Of a stretch of DNA of 64,000 nt, positions 36,703 through 49,153 are shown one piece after another. The DNA comes from Stylophora pistillata (lineage: Eukaryota). Made by a program: the position numbers and the translations under genes. Position 1 is the stretch's first letter. Each line of letters starts with the position of its first letter. The stretch lies in assembly GCF_002571385.2 (NCBI RefSeq), contig NW_019218082.1, positions 124,001-188,000 on the forward strand, written 5' to 3'. The notes below the pieces were generated by a model. It had not been told where the DNA came from, ran no database searches, and saw only the letters and a list, made by a program, of their open reading frames with translations.

Positions 36703-37429
36703 ATTTTCATTCTTTCCTTCATTTCTCAATCATCCACCTTCTGTCTTTTATTCAATTGTTTATTTATTGTTCATTTAATGTTAGGCATTTCAAACAGTGT
36801 CTCCTTAACTCGTTGACCCCTAAGAATGACTAACATCTAATTTCTCCTTTCAACCTCACCCCTGAATCACACATTTAGGTCATGAGAATAAAAGAAATAA
36901 TAACCAACCAGAGAAGCTCTTGATCGTTTCACAAATTCTCCTTGTAGGCTCCTCAAGAAAAGCATAGATAGCAGTATGGAGAATATGCATACCCATGTTA
37001 AGGTGTAGAAGAGTTAATAGGAATGATCAGGAGAGTGGTTAAATTTCCATGTTTATGGAGACCTTTTCATCTTTCCAAAGAAAAAAAAATTGAATCAGGT
37101 CGAAGGGAATGGAGCACACACTACATGGCTGTATCTTAAAATATGTCTCTTTACATTTGTCTTAGAAAAAGGGAGGTGTTTCCTTAAATGACCCTGCTTT
37201 AGACAAGAGTAGGCTTCAACCAAACGAAGGTACTCTCCCCAAGCTCGGAGAAAAGATCATCTGAAATTTCTCCCCCTTTCTTTGCCTCACATGGTGTAGA
37301 AACAATTCCTAATTACATGGTACTACAGGAGTTAGGGCTGTCTGCTTGTAGTACACTGGTCAAGTAATTTTAGGCTATAAAAATTCTCCTGAAAACCCAA
37401 AGAGTAAAGTTTAATCGAAAACATTTAAC

Positions 37430-38180
37430 AACCCTCACAGTAAGTTTAGACATGTAAGGGATTTCTACAAATGGGAAGAAACCTCATAAGAGAATTAAAA
37501 CATAATCACCATATGTAGATTAATTGAAAGCCATAAGTGCACAAGGTGAAAAGGATGAGGGGGGGAAAGGTAACAGCCACACCCTCCTCTTCCCGCTCCC
37601 CCACTAATTTTTTTAAGGTAAACACCCAAGAATGCAACCTCAAAATACTCTAAACATGCAAGTATTTTCTACAAATGGGTAGAGACCTTTTAAATCTGCT
37701 ATCCTGTAAAAGAATTACTGCTAATACACAGTCACTACATACACATTAACTTAAAGCCATAAGTGCGCAAGGTGAAAATGGTGAAGGGGAAAAAGGAACA
37801 GCCACACCGTCCTCTCTCCCCCCACCTCCAACCTTTTTTAAGGTAAAACCTTTGACACACAGACTTAAGACATGCAAGTGATTTCTGTAGATGGGAAGAG
37901 ACCTTCTAAATCTGCTTTCCCATAAGAAAAATCCTGTGTATAACCTCTGATTATAATACTTATTAACTGAAAGCAATAACTACACAAGGTGACGAGAGTG
38001 GGGGAAGAAGGCAACAGCCACACCCTCCTTGTCCCCAACCCCCAACCTTTTTTCAAGGTAAAAATCTTAGATATGAACACTTTAAAAATGCAACTGATTT
38101 CTAAAAGTGGGAAGAGACCTTCTAAATCTGCTTTCCATAAGAGAATTAATACAAAATCACTATATGATACCGATTAACTG
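37430..38180. repeat. Degenerate tandem repeat, about 210-bp unit, about 3.5 copies
   Basis: The motif atgcaagt-atttct-caaatgggaagagacc recurs at about 37452, 37657, 37872, 38088; caaggtga...aacagccacacc...tttt(a/c)aaggtaaa recurs three times. Confidence 0.75.
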
Positions 38181-38917
38181 GTAAAACAGTGAACAAAATA
38201 TGAAATAAAATAAAAGGAGTAGAAAGAAAGATTTGACAAATTAAGCAGAGTCCAGAAAAAACCCTGAAATGGCTCAATTGCTTCCTGAGTGTTTTCCCAA
38301 TCCAAATTTTGCTACATAGTTTACAAGCCAAAATATTGGGTATACGAAATTTCCATTCCAAATAGCTTTTTGTCTAGTCAGTAAACTGCTATAACAATTT
38401 TTGTTAAAAAACAGAAACCATATGCCACTTGCTAAAATATTCCTTAAATGAACTTATTAATTCTTAGGATAGCAAGACGCATGTTGCAGTCTCAGGATAT
38501 GCACAAACAGTAATGTGCCAATTTCTGTGGTTATATCTGGTCTTTTCTGCTTGAAAATGATAAACAACCAAGATGCTAAGGTAGTTGTCATGGACAGTTT
38601 TCTTAGCATGGTTGTTAGCTTAGCTGTACACTCAAAGGACTTAATAAGACCAAAACAGCTGCCTAAACTTGCTGACTTACCTTCTCTTTTTAATATTAAT
38701 GGAAGTGTAGTCTGCCTGCAACATACCTTACATAATTCTTAAATAAAAATATACATTATTTCCATAAGATTTATTTTTAATTTTTTAACCATAGTGACAA
38801 TTTGTTTGTTTGTTTGTTTGTTTTTTAATATCATTCCTAGTTTCCTTTACAGCCAAAGTTTGGTTTGTCATGCAATCATTCTGGTAGACTGTGTTGTGTG
38901 ACAAGACCAAACAATTG

Positions 38918-39484
38918 CTGATTACTGTGACATTGTTTGGGGTAGCTGTGGGAAAACGCTACGAGACAAACTGCAGAAATTGCAGAATAGAGCAGCCCGT
39001 GTGTTGACATTCTCTAACTATGATGCTGATGCAACTGAGCTACTCGAGTTTTTAGGGTGGAAAAATCTTGCACGCCAGCAGGAAATCCATAAAGCCACCA
39101 TGATGTTTAGATGTCTGCACGGGCTAGCTCCAAGGTATCTATATTCAAAGTTTACGTGGCGTGACTCTGCTTATGACCTCAGGGACTCTGAAAATAAGCT
39201 TAATGTTCCACTACCGCGCACTAATTATTACAGAAAAAGCTTTAGCTACAATGGCGCCACATTATGGAACAGTTTACCACGCGATATAAGGAACACAGAG
39301 TCTCTGGGGTTATTTAAACGTAAGATCAATGACATTTTTTAAGTCTAACGCACGGCATTCACGGAAAACAGCTTTAGTGTTATAGTATGTAGTTTTAATT
39401 TTAAATATCTTAGCGTATGTGATATGTATTTTTATAGGCTGATGAATTGATCGTGTCTAAATAAAGATTACAATACAATACAAA
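38918..39484 (+). mobile_element. 5'-truncated LINE (CR1/L2 group) ORF2 C-terminus and 3' UTR
   Basis: DYCDIVWGSCGKTLRDKLQKLQNRAARVL...LGWKNL...YDLR...PRTNYYRKSFSYNGATLWNSLP; ends aataaa then a (TACAA)n tail at the gap. Confidence 0.9.
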
Positions 39485-40053
39485 NNNNNNNNNNNNNNNN
39501 NNNNNNNNNNNNNNNNNNNNNNNNNNNNNNNNNNNNNNNNNNNNNNNNNNNNNNNNNNNNNNNNNNNNNNNNNNNNNNNNNNNNNNNNNNNNNNNNNNNN
39601 NNNNNNNNNNNNNNNNNNNNNNNNNNNNNNNNNNNNNNNNNNNNNNNNNNNNNNNNNNNNNNNNNNNNNNNNNNNNNNNNNNNNNNNNNNNNNNNNNNNN
39701 NNNNNNNNNNNNNNNNNNNNNNNNNNNNNNNNNNNNNNNNNNNNNNNNNNNNNNNNNNNNNNNNNNNNNNNNNNNNNNNNNNNNNNNNNNNNNNNNNNNN
39801 NNNNNNNNNNNNNNNNNNNNNNNNNNNNNNNNNNNNNNNNNNNNNNNNNNNNNNNNNNNNNNNNNNNNNNNNNNNNNNNNNNNNNNNNNNNNNNNNNNNN
39901 NNNNNNNNNNNNNNNNNNNNNNNNNNNNNNNNNNNNNNNNNNNNNNNNNNNNNNNNNNNNNNNNNNNNNNNNNNNNNNNNNNNNNNNNNNNNNNNNNNNN
40001 NNNNNNNNNNNNNNNNNNNNNNNNNNNNNNNNNNNNNNNNNNNNNNNNNNNNN
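39485..40053. other. Assembly gap; a family A SINE fragment (+ strand) emerges at 40054-40125
   Basis: Run of N followed by cgagattattgtgtgatggatgtcctcccctgggg. Confidence 0.95.
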
Positions 40054-40334
40054 CGAGATTATTGTGTGATGGATGTCCTCCCCTGGGGTGGGATGGGTGG
40101 GTATGGGATGGGTGGGTAACAGGACCACCGTTGATACCAGTGTTTAGTACACTGAAGGGGCTATCCTGTATAAATAATATATACTACTACTACAGAAGAG
40201 GTAGCTACTGCTGCTTTGCAAAGTAACAAAATGTCACTGTTAAGTAAATACAAGATGTCATATCAATGGTGGACACAGAGATGAGAGGCATCGATCTTCA
40301 GGCCTGTTTGGAACTGGTTCTTGTAGACTTCATT

Positions 40335-43233
40335 CTAATCCTTTGCAAGTAGGGTCTTCTTTGCTACAATGAAAATGTCCATAAGTTGGTAATTGCTGTT
40401 AGTAACAGTTATTAGATCTTTCTTGCCATTGAAGGTGATTTTGAGAATTTCCACTAAAAAGCTAGTTTTAATAAATATTAAACCAGAAAAAGTTAAGAGA
40501 TCACAATCTTATGTTCTCTTGTCCAGTGGTAAAGTATGTCCTGTAAAGTTTCTTCTCTTTGAAAAATTGACATAATTATTATACATTATAATAATAATAA
40601 TGATAATAATAATAAGAGTACTGATAACATACAGTGATAACATCAGGGATGATGAAGATCCATTTTGACAATTATTATGAAAATTAATGACAACAATGAT
40701 AATGACGATGATGATGAGAGTTATAATGACATTGATGATATTGAAAGAACTCAATCAAATACGCTCAAAAAAGGCCCACGTCAGACAGCTAGCAATCGTA
40801 ACTCTCTAAAATGATAGGTAATGGAAATACTTTCTCAAGATTAAACCTACCTTCACCAGTGAAGTCAATTCTCACATCATCTCCAATTAACATAAACGGA
40901 GCCCACTGGGAAACTTTGGTAAAGCCGTTATTTCTCATCCACTTCATGGCCAGGTGTAGTGACTTACTGGCAGTTTCTCCGCCAGCAAGGTGTGCGTAGA
41001 ATTGGTTCATGAATTGTTCTGTTGTTGTGTCCTCCAGGGCCCACCGTGCAACTAATACCGAGCGAGCACCAGATCCAAGGAACGCACGAGCAATTCCAAC
41101 CACGCCTTCAAAATTGATTTGACCCTTGCCACTGTGACAACAGCTAAGTACTACCAGTTTAGCTCGCAGTTGAACTTTTGAAATATCCTCCATGGTTAGA
41201 AGGTAGTCGTCTTCTTGTGGAAGACCAGTGCTCTCAGTTGTGCGATTGGGAGCCAAGGCAATTTGTCCTCTTTCTGCATTACCATGAGCCGCGATGTGGA
41301 TTAGAGTTACTTGATTTATTCCGTCAAGTACCGCCTGCTTTGTTGCATTCTCTCCTATCAAGGGCTGAACGCCCATCAGTCTTCCAACCATTTCTGCTTC
41401 CTTTCTTGCACAAGCTAATGCTGTGATGTTCTTGCGAGCTCCTCTGTACAGCACCTCGCCAACTTCAGGGTCGCCCAGTATCAGCGCACCGGCAAGACTG
41501 TGATAGTCCGCTGGACTGTTTTGAATGAGCTTCAGAGTCGTCAAAGAAGGGGCGATACGGATCCTAAACTCTTCTGTTAGAAATTTCTTGCCAGCCTCAC
41601 GCAACGCTGCAAATGGGACTCGGTACATGGACCGCTCGGGGACAATGATGATTTCAGACCCAGTAAGTAAATTGGCCACAGGAGCGATAATCAATTTGTA
41701 AAACAAATGAAGATCCTTGTCGGTTTCTTTGGTTTCATTCACTCGGGAAGAGATTTGACTATCATCACGGTTATCGGTGTCATCCAAGGATCGATCTTCA
41801 CAGAGCTCTTTGGGTAAAATACCAAAAGAACGGAAGCTTTTGTTGAAAAGATCATCCAAATCAACAACATCCTCGGCTATCAGAGTGGGGATATCAGCTT
41901 CTTCTTCCTCTGAGAAGTACGTGTCGTCATCCGGTTTGAAAATCGCAGCACGAACGCTTCTTCCGGTATAGGTAAGGTACAGGTAAGTACAGTTAATTTC
42001 GTGATTGATGAGTTTTTCAATCCCGAACAATGATTGTAAATCAAGTGGAATCGGATTTACTTCAACAAAGTACTTGGCTGCCATCAAATCTGCTAATGCT
42101 CTAGCTCGGCCTAGTTCTTCCGCAGAAAAGCCCATGTGTGGATTTCCTGAGGCAAAAAGTATGCAGCTTAACAGCTTGTAAAATCGACACTGCTCCAAAA
42201 TACCAATTGAAAACTGCTCATTGATTTTATTGAAATTTCGACACTTTTCAAATAATTGAATGCATTGGGAAAGGTACGAATGTGCTTCCTGAGTCTTTGA
42301 GAGTAAGAACTTAACCAACACGAGACTGATAAGGGGGCGTAACGTGATGTTTATCTCTTCATGACTGCTGTCTAATAAGAGCGCCCTTTCAAGGTATTCC
42401 TCAGCCTTGATGAATTCACCAAGAATTGTAAGTATTCGTCCTAACTGTTGATAAATCACAAATACATCTACTCTTTTGCCAGTTTCTAAAATGGCCGCAA
42501 GTTCTTTCTCCAGATACTCTAAAGCCTTTTTATGGTCTCCCAGCATGAAATAAAAGTCTGCTTGGTCCTTGTAACAAGCTGCTAATTCTCCTCTTCCGCC
42601 ACTTTCCACCCTGATGTCTTGTGCTTTCTGAAAATATTTATTTGCCGTTTGATTCTGTTTAACACTTAGAAAATAACGTCCTAGTCTGCTGTAACATTTT
42701 GCTTCCCTTTTTTTGTCGCCAGTCTCTTTAATGAGGAGGAGCGATTTCTCGAGATATTCTTTTTCGCTCTGAATGTCACAGATTGATCCAGACAGCGCTG
42801 CCAGATTGTGGTACACGTCTGCTTCTAGTAATCTGTCACTAGTTGCTTTCGTGATATCCAATGCTTTCAGTAAACCTTCCTTTGCCTCTATTAATTTACC
42901 TTGGACTGTGTTCACTCTTGCCAGCCATAACCTCCAATATCCTTCCTGGTGTATGTCGCCAGAGTCTCGAGAGATGACAAGAAGTTCCTGGCCGTATCGT
43001 TCTGCATTTTTAAAATCAAAGATCTTGAAGTGTGCATGGAACAACAATGTAAGGATCGAAGAGCACCTCGATTTGAACGCGTTTTCTTCAAGCCACTCTG
43101 AATTGTTCCAAAGTAAAATCAAGCATTCTTCGCATAACTCGATCCCTTGTAGAGAACGGTAGGTTTTTAGAAGGAATTTGGCAACAACAAAACCGGTTTC
43201 GATGGCTTGGAAGTCTTTGATTATGTTGTCCAT
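40335..43233 (-). CDS. TPR-repeat plus CHAT (caspase-like clan CD) protease, TTC28-like, about 803 aa; coding exons 43233-40851 and 40363-40335
   Basis: 2.4-kb ORF with TPR helices (EAKCYSRLGRYF, KALEYLEKEL, KAEEYLERAL), ELGRARALADLM, IIIVPERSMYRVPFAAL, IHIAAHG (His), VVLSCCHSG (Cys), GIARAFLGSGARSVLVARW, WAPFMLIG. Donor GAAG|GTAGGT at 40851 joins in phase 1 to cattgtag|CA giving AKKTLLAKD*. An acceptor at 43261 implies an upstream exon (candidate donor at about 44737). Confidence 0.9.
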
Positions 43234-44937
43234 CACTGCATGGCTTTCCCTGTTAATTTGACTGAAAAAAACACGAGAGAAACTTACCGTGAAAAAAAAG
43301 GTTACTGAAACTGAAAGATGTTCAGTAAATGTGTTTTTTACACATAAAGTTATAATCTGAAAAGATAATTAAGAGCAGTTTTAATTGGCTCCAGTCAAGA
43401 TTTTTCGATTACATTTACAACGGAGAATGTAGAAAGAGTATTGTGGAATTTCAGTATGGTTTTTAATTAGACTCTTAAATGTCATATTAAAGAATAAAAG
43501 TAACTGTACGAGGTTGAGAAAAATAATTGATTTGCGAGCCACTGCAAAAAAAAATTAATTATGTTTATATGTTGGTTTGATGGCTACCTATGTCTGTTTA
43601 TCCTTTACAGGGACAGTCTATTCGCCTATGGCCGAACGCGTGAAATACAGCCTGGATGGTGTTTCAGTCCATTTGAAGATACACTGGAGAATATGAATTG
43701 CATTCTGTATTTACAAGCATAAGTACGAAGTAGGTTAGTGTTCAAGGCTTTTCCATTAGTCACTGTTAGCAACTTCGAATATTCAATCCTGTCCGAAATG
43801 TTTGTTTTCTCGTGTTGCAAGAATTATTGTCGCAAGAAATTGTAAGACCCTTATTATAGTTCTGTTATAGTTGTGAGTATAGTTAGTTTTGAAGTACTCT
43901 ACAGAAGGTACTGTAACTATATCAAGTATTTTTTTCAAAAAGGTCTTAACCGTTTTTTTCTGTAAACAGTACTTGAAAAAGGAATAATATTTAGAGTCGC
44001 TATTAGTATCATTAACGTAGTATTTATGTTTTTTTTGCTTTAACAAATGGCTCTGTATAATGAACTTTCGATTTTATTGATTTGTATTCGTAAGACCACT
44101 TGTTTTCACCTGACACCATAACATAACAATTTCTTATGTGGACGACTGATAGAAATCCTCCAATCCATATTGGACGGGAAGTTTTCCGTTGAGTCAAGAC
44201 ACCTACAATATTTATTTAATATCGCAACGTCAGACTGAACAAACCAAAATAATTAAAATGAACTGATATGTATGTTATAAATCAGATTAAACGAAATAGG
44301 TTTGCCATTCTCGAGTTTAGTTTGATCAGAGCGCTGTTGTCAATTCATCGATGGCTGAACCATCAGGAAAAAAAACTCAGCTCTGGTTACAAACCTATAA
44401 ACACCTACGGACCACGACCAACCCTCAAATCAACACATTCTGAATTGCGATTCACATTTCGTTACGGTAGATGTTCATCCGAGTGAGTTATTTGATTATT
44501 TCCAATGCCTTTCTTTGAAATTCAAACTCGACCTGCATAAATTCATCCTCTCAAGTGTCAAGTGCCAAACGTGACTTCACGTTGGACTATTGCAGATGGT
44601 CATCTTGTTGTTTATAAAAAGAAGTGAACTGTTTTTAGTGTCTTGATCTTGCTTCGCAGATCAAACCAAAGGGAATGAAATGAAATGTCATGGGAAGACA
44701 ACTCTCCAAGTTAGGACCAAGTTTAGAAAATTCTTACCCGCTAAAAAGTAAAGAAAAATTAAGTCGTGTTAAAGCTTCGATTCAATCCAGACACGCGAGA
44801 GGAAGGACTCAAATTTTCTTCCCTCAGGGGGTATTCGAGGTTTTGAAACAATCTGTTTAATCTACCTGAAAGATTTGAGCGCGGCTATTATTCTCCTACT
44901 ATCTTAAATATTACGGATTATTAAAAACTGGATCATC

Positions 44938-44970
<33 letters not shown>

Positions 44971-44996
44971 ACCATTATGGTATACGAGCCAATATC

Positions 44997-45408
44997 TGGA
45001 GGCAGTGTGGCCGAGTGGTTAGAGTGTCGGACTTGTAATCCGCCGCTCCCGGGCTCGAGTCCCATCCTGATCACTGGATCTGTTTCACGGTAGCCCCGAG
45101 TTCAGATCCTTGGCCACGCTTGTAAATAGCCAACTGGTTTGTCTCCGACCGTTTGAGATTCTTAATGTTGTTATGTTCAATTTAGACCATTTGTTTTATT
45201 TGTTTGCAAGGACCACAATGGAAACTACTGGTTCACCTGACCACTGGATTTGTTTCACGGTAGCCCCGAGTTCAGATCCTTGGCCACGCTTGTAAATAGC
45301 CAACTGGTTTGCCTCCGGCCGTTTGAGATTCTTAATGTTGTTATGTTCAATTTAGACCATTTGTTTTATTTGTTTGCAAGGACCACAATGGAAACTACTG
45401 GTTCACCA
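44997..45408 (+). mobile_element. tRNA-derived SINE with its 170-bp body tandemly duplicated
   Basis: A box TGGCCGAGTGGTTA, B box GGCTCGAGTCCC; body cctga-cactggat-tgtttcacggtagccccgagttc...tactggttca at 45066-45235 and 45236-45405. Confidence 0.8.
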
Positions 45409-45429
45409 NNNNNNNNNNNNNNNNNNNNN

Positions 45430-46160
45430 CGCAGTTTCTACCACAACGGAAAGAGCCGGGGGGGAGTTGAGGATGGGAAGTGGTAGAATTAGAGGGGAGT
45501 TTGGCTGTTACTAATGTGTCGCGAAGGTTGGGGGAGCGTCTGAAGGCGACAACTGGCAGCTGAGGAAAAGCTTTTTTGCAGCGGTTAGAAGACTGCAGTA
45601 GATGCCAGTGTTTTTTGATGATGTTGGAGATGTGAGGAAGCGACGGATTAAAAGTAGTTATAAATGGAATACGGTTAGGTTTTTTTACGTCTTTAGTTTG
45701 TAAGGTGAGTGTGCGGGAGATGTCAGCGGCGCGTTGTATTTGTTTGGTGACGAATTTATGGCTGTAACCTCGTTTGAGAAGGTATGAGGTAAGTTGAGCG
45801 GCGCGAGTCTCAAAAGCTTTATCTGTAGAACAGATACGTCGTAGGCGGAGTGCTAGACTGAACGGAATGGCTTTTTTGGTATGTAATGGATGGCAAGAAG
45901 AGTGCAATAGATACATATGTTTGTCTGTGGGTTTGGTGTAGAGGTCAGTGGAGATATTACCGTCGGTGGTTAAAGAGACACTTACGTCAAGGAAAGCCAC
46001 ATTAGTGGAAGAGTGTGAGCTGGTGAATTTGATGCTGGGGTGGATATTGTTAAGATAATCGACGAAAACTTTTAGGTTATCTAAACCTTCGGTCCAGACC
46101 ATAAAGATATCGTCGATGTATCTAAACCAAGTGTGGGGTTTACATGGGGCATTTTTCAGC
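45430..46160 (-). mobile_element. Penelope-like retroelement fragment (RT catalytic motif, thumb and start of Cys linker)
   Basis: WFRYIDDIFMVW (YIDD at 46120-46109), IKFT, FLDV, DLYTKPTD, SSCHP, PFSLALRLRRICS, FRRSPNLRDTLV, GSFRCGRNC. Uninterrupted frame up to the 45409-45429 gap. Confidence 0.9.
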
Positions 46161-48277
46161 CTAGAAATTGATTGTTAAAAACTTGTTATTTATTTTGAGA
46201 AAAAATCAACATTAAAGAAGCTGCTTGTAGAAACCTCATTCTGCTCATACAGAAGGAATGCTTCACATTCTTTAAACAATAATTAGTGTGTTAAAAAAAA
46301 TAAGTAGATAAAACAGCGAACAAAACAAAAAAAAAGTCAAACATTTTTTTTCATAACATCATCGATCGAAAATGTTGTTTTGTAACGTCAGGGGCACTTA
46401 AGTTCATCCAAAATGTTTGGAGCCTTGTTTCTCGAGGAACGTAAACTGGGTATATAAAACTACGTAGACGTATTGATAGCATATATGCGAAAATTTCCTG
46501 GAGACTAAAAAGAAAATTTAGGATATCATTGATCGGATCATAAATCATACTCACAAAAGTTTAGGTTTTGGCCGCATTGCGTTATAGAAAGAAACTGACT
46601 GCGTTTTCAGATTCTGAAAGAAATAAGAAAATGAAGAAAATCAAACGGGAATAAGAAATGTGCATGAGTTTGCCTATTAAACAACTTTCAAATGGTCATA
46701 AACCTTTTTCTGTGCTGTGACGATCTATGTCGAAAAGTTACGTTTCCGAAAGGGAAATTAAAGACAGAGTTATTTGTTCGATCGATGATGTATCATCACG
46801 TAAGTGAATTTACAAATCCGTTCTCTATCATGACAAGGAAATAAAAATCAGTCAAGCATGTTCCCTTGTAATGGGAAAAATTGTTTTAAATGAATATCTT
46901 TCTATAGGATCTTATTGACATTTTGTTTCCTTCTTTTTTTATCTTTCTAGAGATGTGTATAATCATTACTAAACTTTTGCATTTTCGCGTAACGAATGTT
47001 TTTAGAAATAAAGCTTTCTGTAATGGATGAATGCAAAGCACCCGACGGGCATTCGTGAACATAATCAAATTTTTGTTGAGCAGATATGCGTTTGCGTGAC
47101 TTACCACAATTTATTGCGTGACTTACATAACTTGCTGAAAGTGTTCAATCTTTGTCACGTAAATCATGTAGAGGTTCAGTCCATTCCCATATAAAATTTA
47201 GGGTGTGTAATAATGTCTGTTATAAATCATGTACGAAATCATTGATGTACAAATCTTGGTGTAAAATGAAACCAAAAGGCTCTCAAATAGAATATTACCG
47301 AAGCAAGCGGTCGATGTAAAATAACTTGACAAACAGGAAACTAGAAACTTGAAGAGTTGAAAATTACTCGGTATGAGCAAACGCCAGTCTCTACAAATTA
47401 ATTAAACGCACATTTTTTGAAACTTAACCTCCTCGTCAGAGTCAAGTCCTTTACTCTGATGACTGGTATGATAACCTCCGCTCACTTTGGATTAGCGTCA
47501 GTTCTCCCAACAAACTTCCTTTTCAGGTCTACTCTAAAAGGGAAAAAAAACAATTAAAAAATGTCATCATTTAATAAATTAGTGTAATCTTCTGAATGTT
47601 GATCATTTCATAGACGAATAAAGAGTAGTAAATCATAGCCATTGAGAACTCTTTTAACAGTCCAAAAGACTGCATACCAAGTATTCTTATGGGCTAAAAT
47701 TCCATATTTCGTCTTTATCGCATCCGTTACAAAGTTTCATTTGACAACGATAAAAAATACAACAACAGCAAAAAAAAAGACAACTTAGCATGCTTCCAAA
47801 TTCTCTAATTTAATTTACTGAAATAGAATTTCATTGAGATAAACACAAATTGATATCATACCTGGAGCTGACTGTTAGATCCAAGCTTAAGCTTTATAAA
47901 GATGTGTTACAGATCAGACTTCAATCTATTTGTGTTATATTTCCTCTCCGCACAATTTCAGTACAATATCGAGCGACGGGATTTAACGAGTGGGGTGCTG
48001 TCTTGATAAAGCGCTTAATTCTCTCAAGTACTTTAAAAGGAAATCTACGGCAGTGCAGACGGGAGAATTAATAATCAGATCCTGCTAACGAAATTGTAAC
48101 GACGTGTCATATAGGGAAACTCACATCTGGTTGGAAAATGAAAGCACTCCAGCATAACTACTGATGGAACCATCGCATACAAATAGCTTCCAGTGTAAAG
48201 AATAGAAAATTCCTGCACTTACTGGTTTCGACCTTGTTGTCATGATAAACAGAACGAGAGATTAAAAGAAGTGGTAT

Positions 48278-48410
48278 ACTCAGGTTCTTAAAATAACCGA
48301 ATTAAGAGCCAGAATGAGTTGCCTTTGGTATGACATTTGCTATTAAATAGTTAGACGTTCTAGTTTTCTCAGGTATGGACGATAAACTGTAAGTCCCGTC
48401 TCCTGCTTCT
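48278..48410 (+). mobile_element. Old diverged relative of the SINE family A central domain
   Basis: ctcaggttcttaaaataac...gccttt...ttagacgttctagttttctcaggtatggacgataaac...gtcccgtctcctgc aligns with the family A body. Confidence 0.6.
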
Positions 48411-49153
48411 TCTCCATACTGGTTAGCACAGTGAACTTGTTTAAAAAATTCCTAAATTGTGGCTCCTCAGCGATGAAATTTCATTTCAAAAAAATGTAAA
48501 GTGCTCAATGTAGCCTAGCCAAGGTGTTGTAAAGCGCATTACAACATATTAATGTACATAAATGAATCATCACGATAATAAAATTTCATAGAAACAAGCT
48601 TTCCATGTTAAGAAATGAAAGCCGGCTTAAACCAATCACATTGAACGCATTGCATTGGCGTAAGTTGTTCAGAATTTCGACTCTCCCTCCCCTCTCCCTC
48701 TAGACCAAGGTGTAAATTAGAAGTCAGTCCATTAAAAAGTTAGTTATGATGGCGAAAGGTACAGTATAGTTAAAATCACGCTACATGCTTTTTTGACTTC
48801 ATCAAGCTCCGAGCGATTTGTTTTTGAAATTTACATTTTGGTGTCAACCTTTTCATGGTCATATCACATTTGAAGGTTGGGTTTGTTCACTTGATGTTTG
48901 ATAAGTTGTTGCACAATTACGTCGTAATTCTCTAATTTCCGGCGCCTGATTGAGGAAAGAAACCATATGGAGCCATTTTAGCAACAAATAAAGCTTGCAC
49001 CTAAATCTGCATGGGCAGGATCCATGAGTAGGTTATTTAGTTACGATAGTGTTCAATAATTCCCATTCCCCTCTTGGTCCCCTTGTCCGTCTTTCCCTTC
49101 TTTTTATTTTAATGTGAAAGACTGGGAACCAGTCTTAAAACCACGTTTGCAAA

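Noticed and set aside
40789-43236. Bacterial contamination as the source of the TPR-CHAT ORF
   Set aside because: It has splice sites at both ends, an in-phase terminal exon and contiguous host-type repeats. The ORF-track tail GRFNLEKV...YDC is probably intron read-through.
44997-45070. Possible tRNA gene
   Set aside because: A and B boxes are present but the acceptor stem does not close and the sequence runs into a repeat body, so it is a SINE head. The same applies to heads near 4900, 16480, 27300 and 36080.
47450-48250. Further hammerhead-like remnants near 47455 and 48225 (also GAAACGTC near 21220)
   Set aside because: The cores are incomplete or mutated and there are no clear boundaries.
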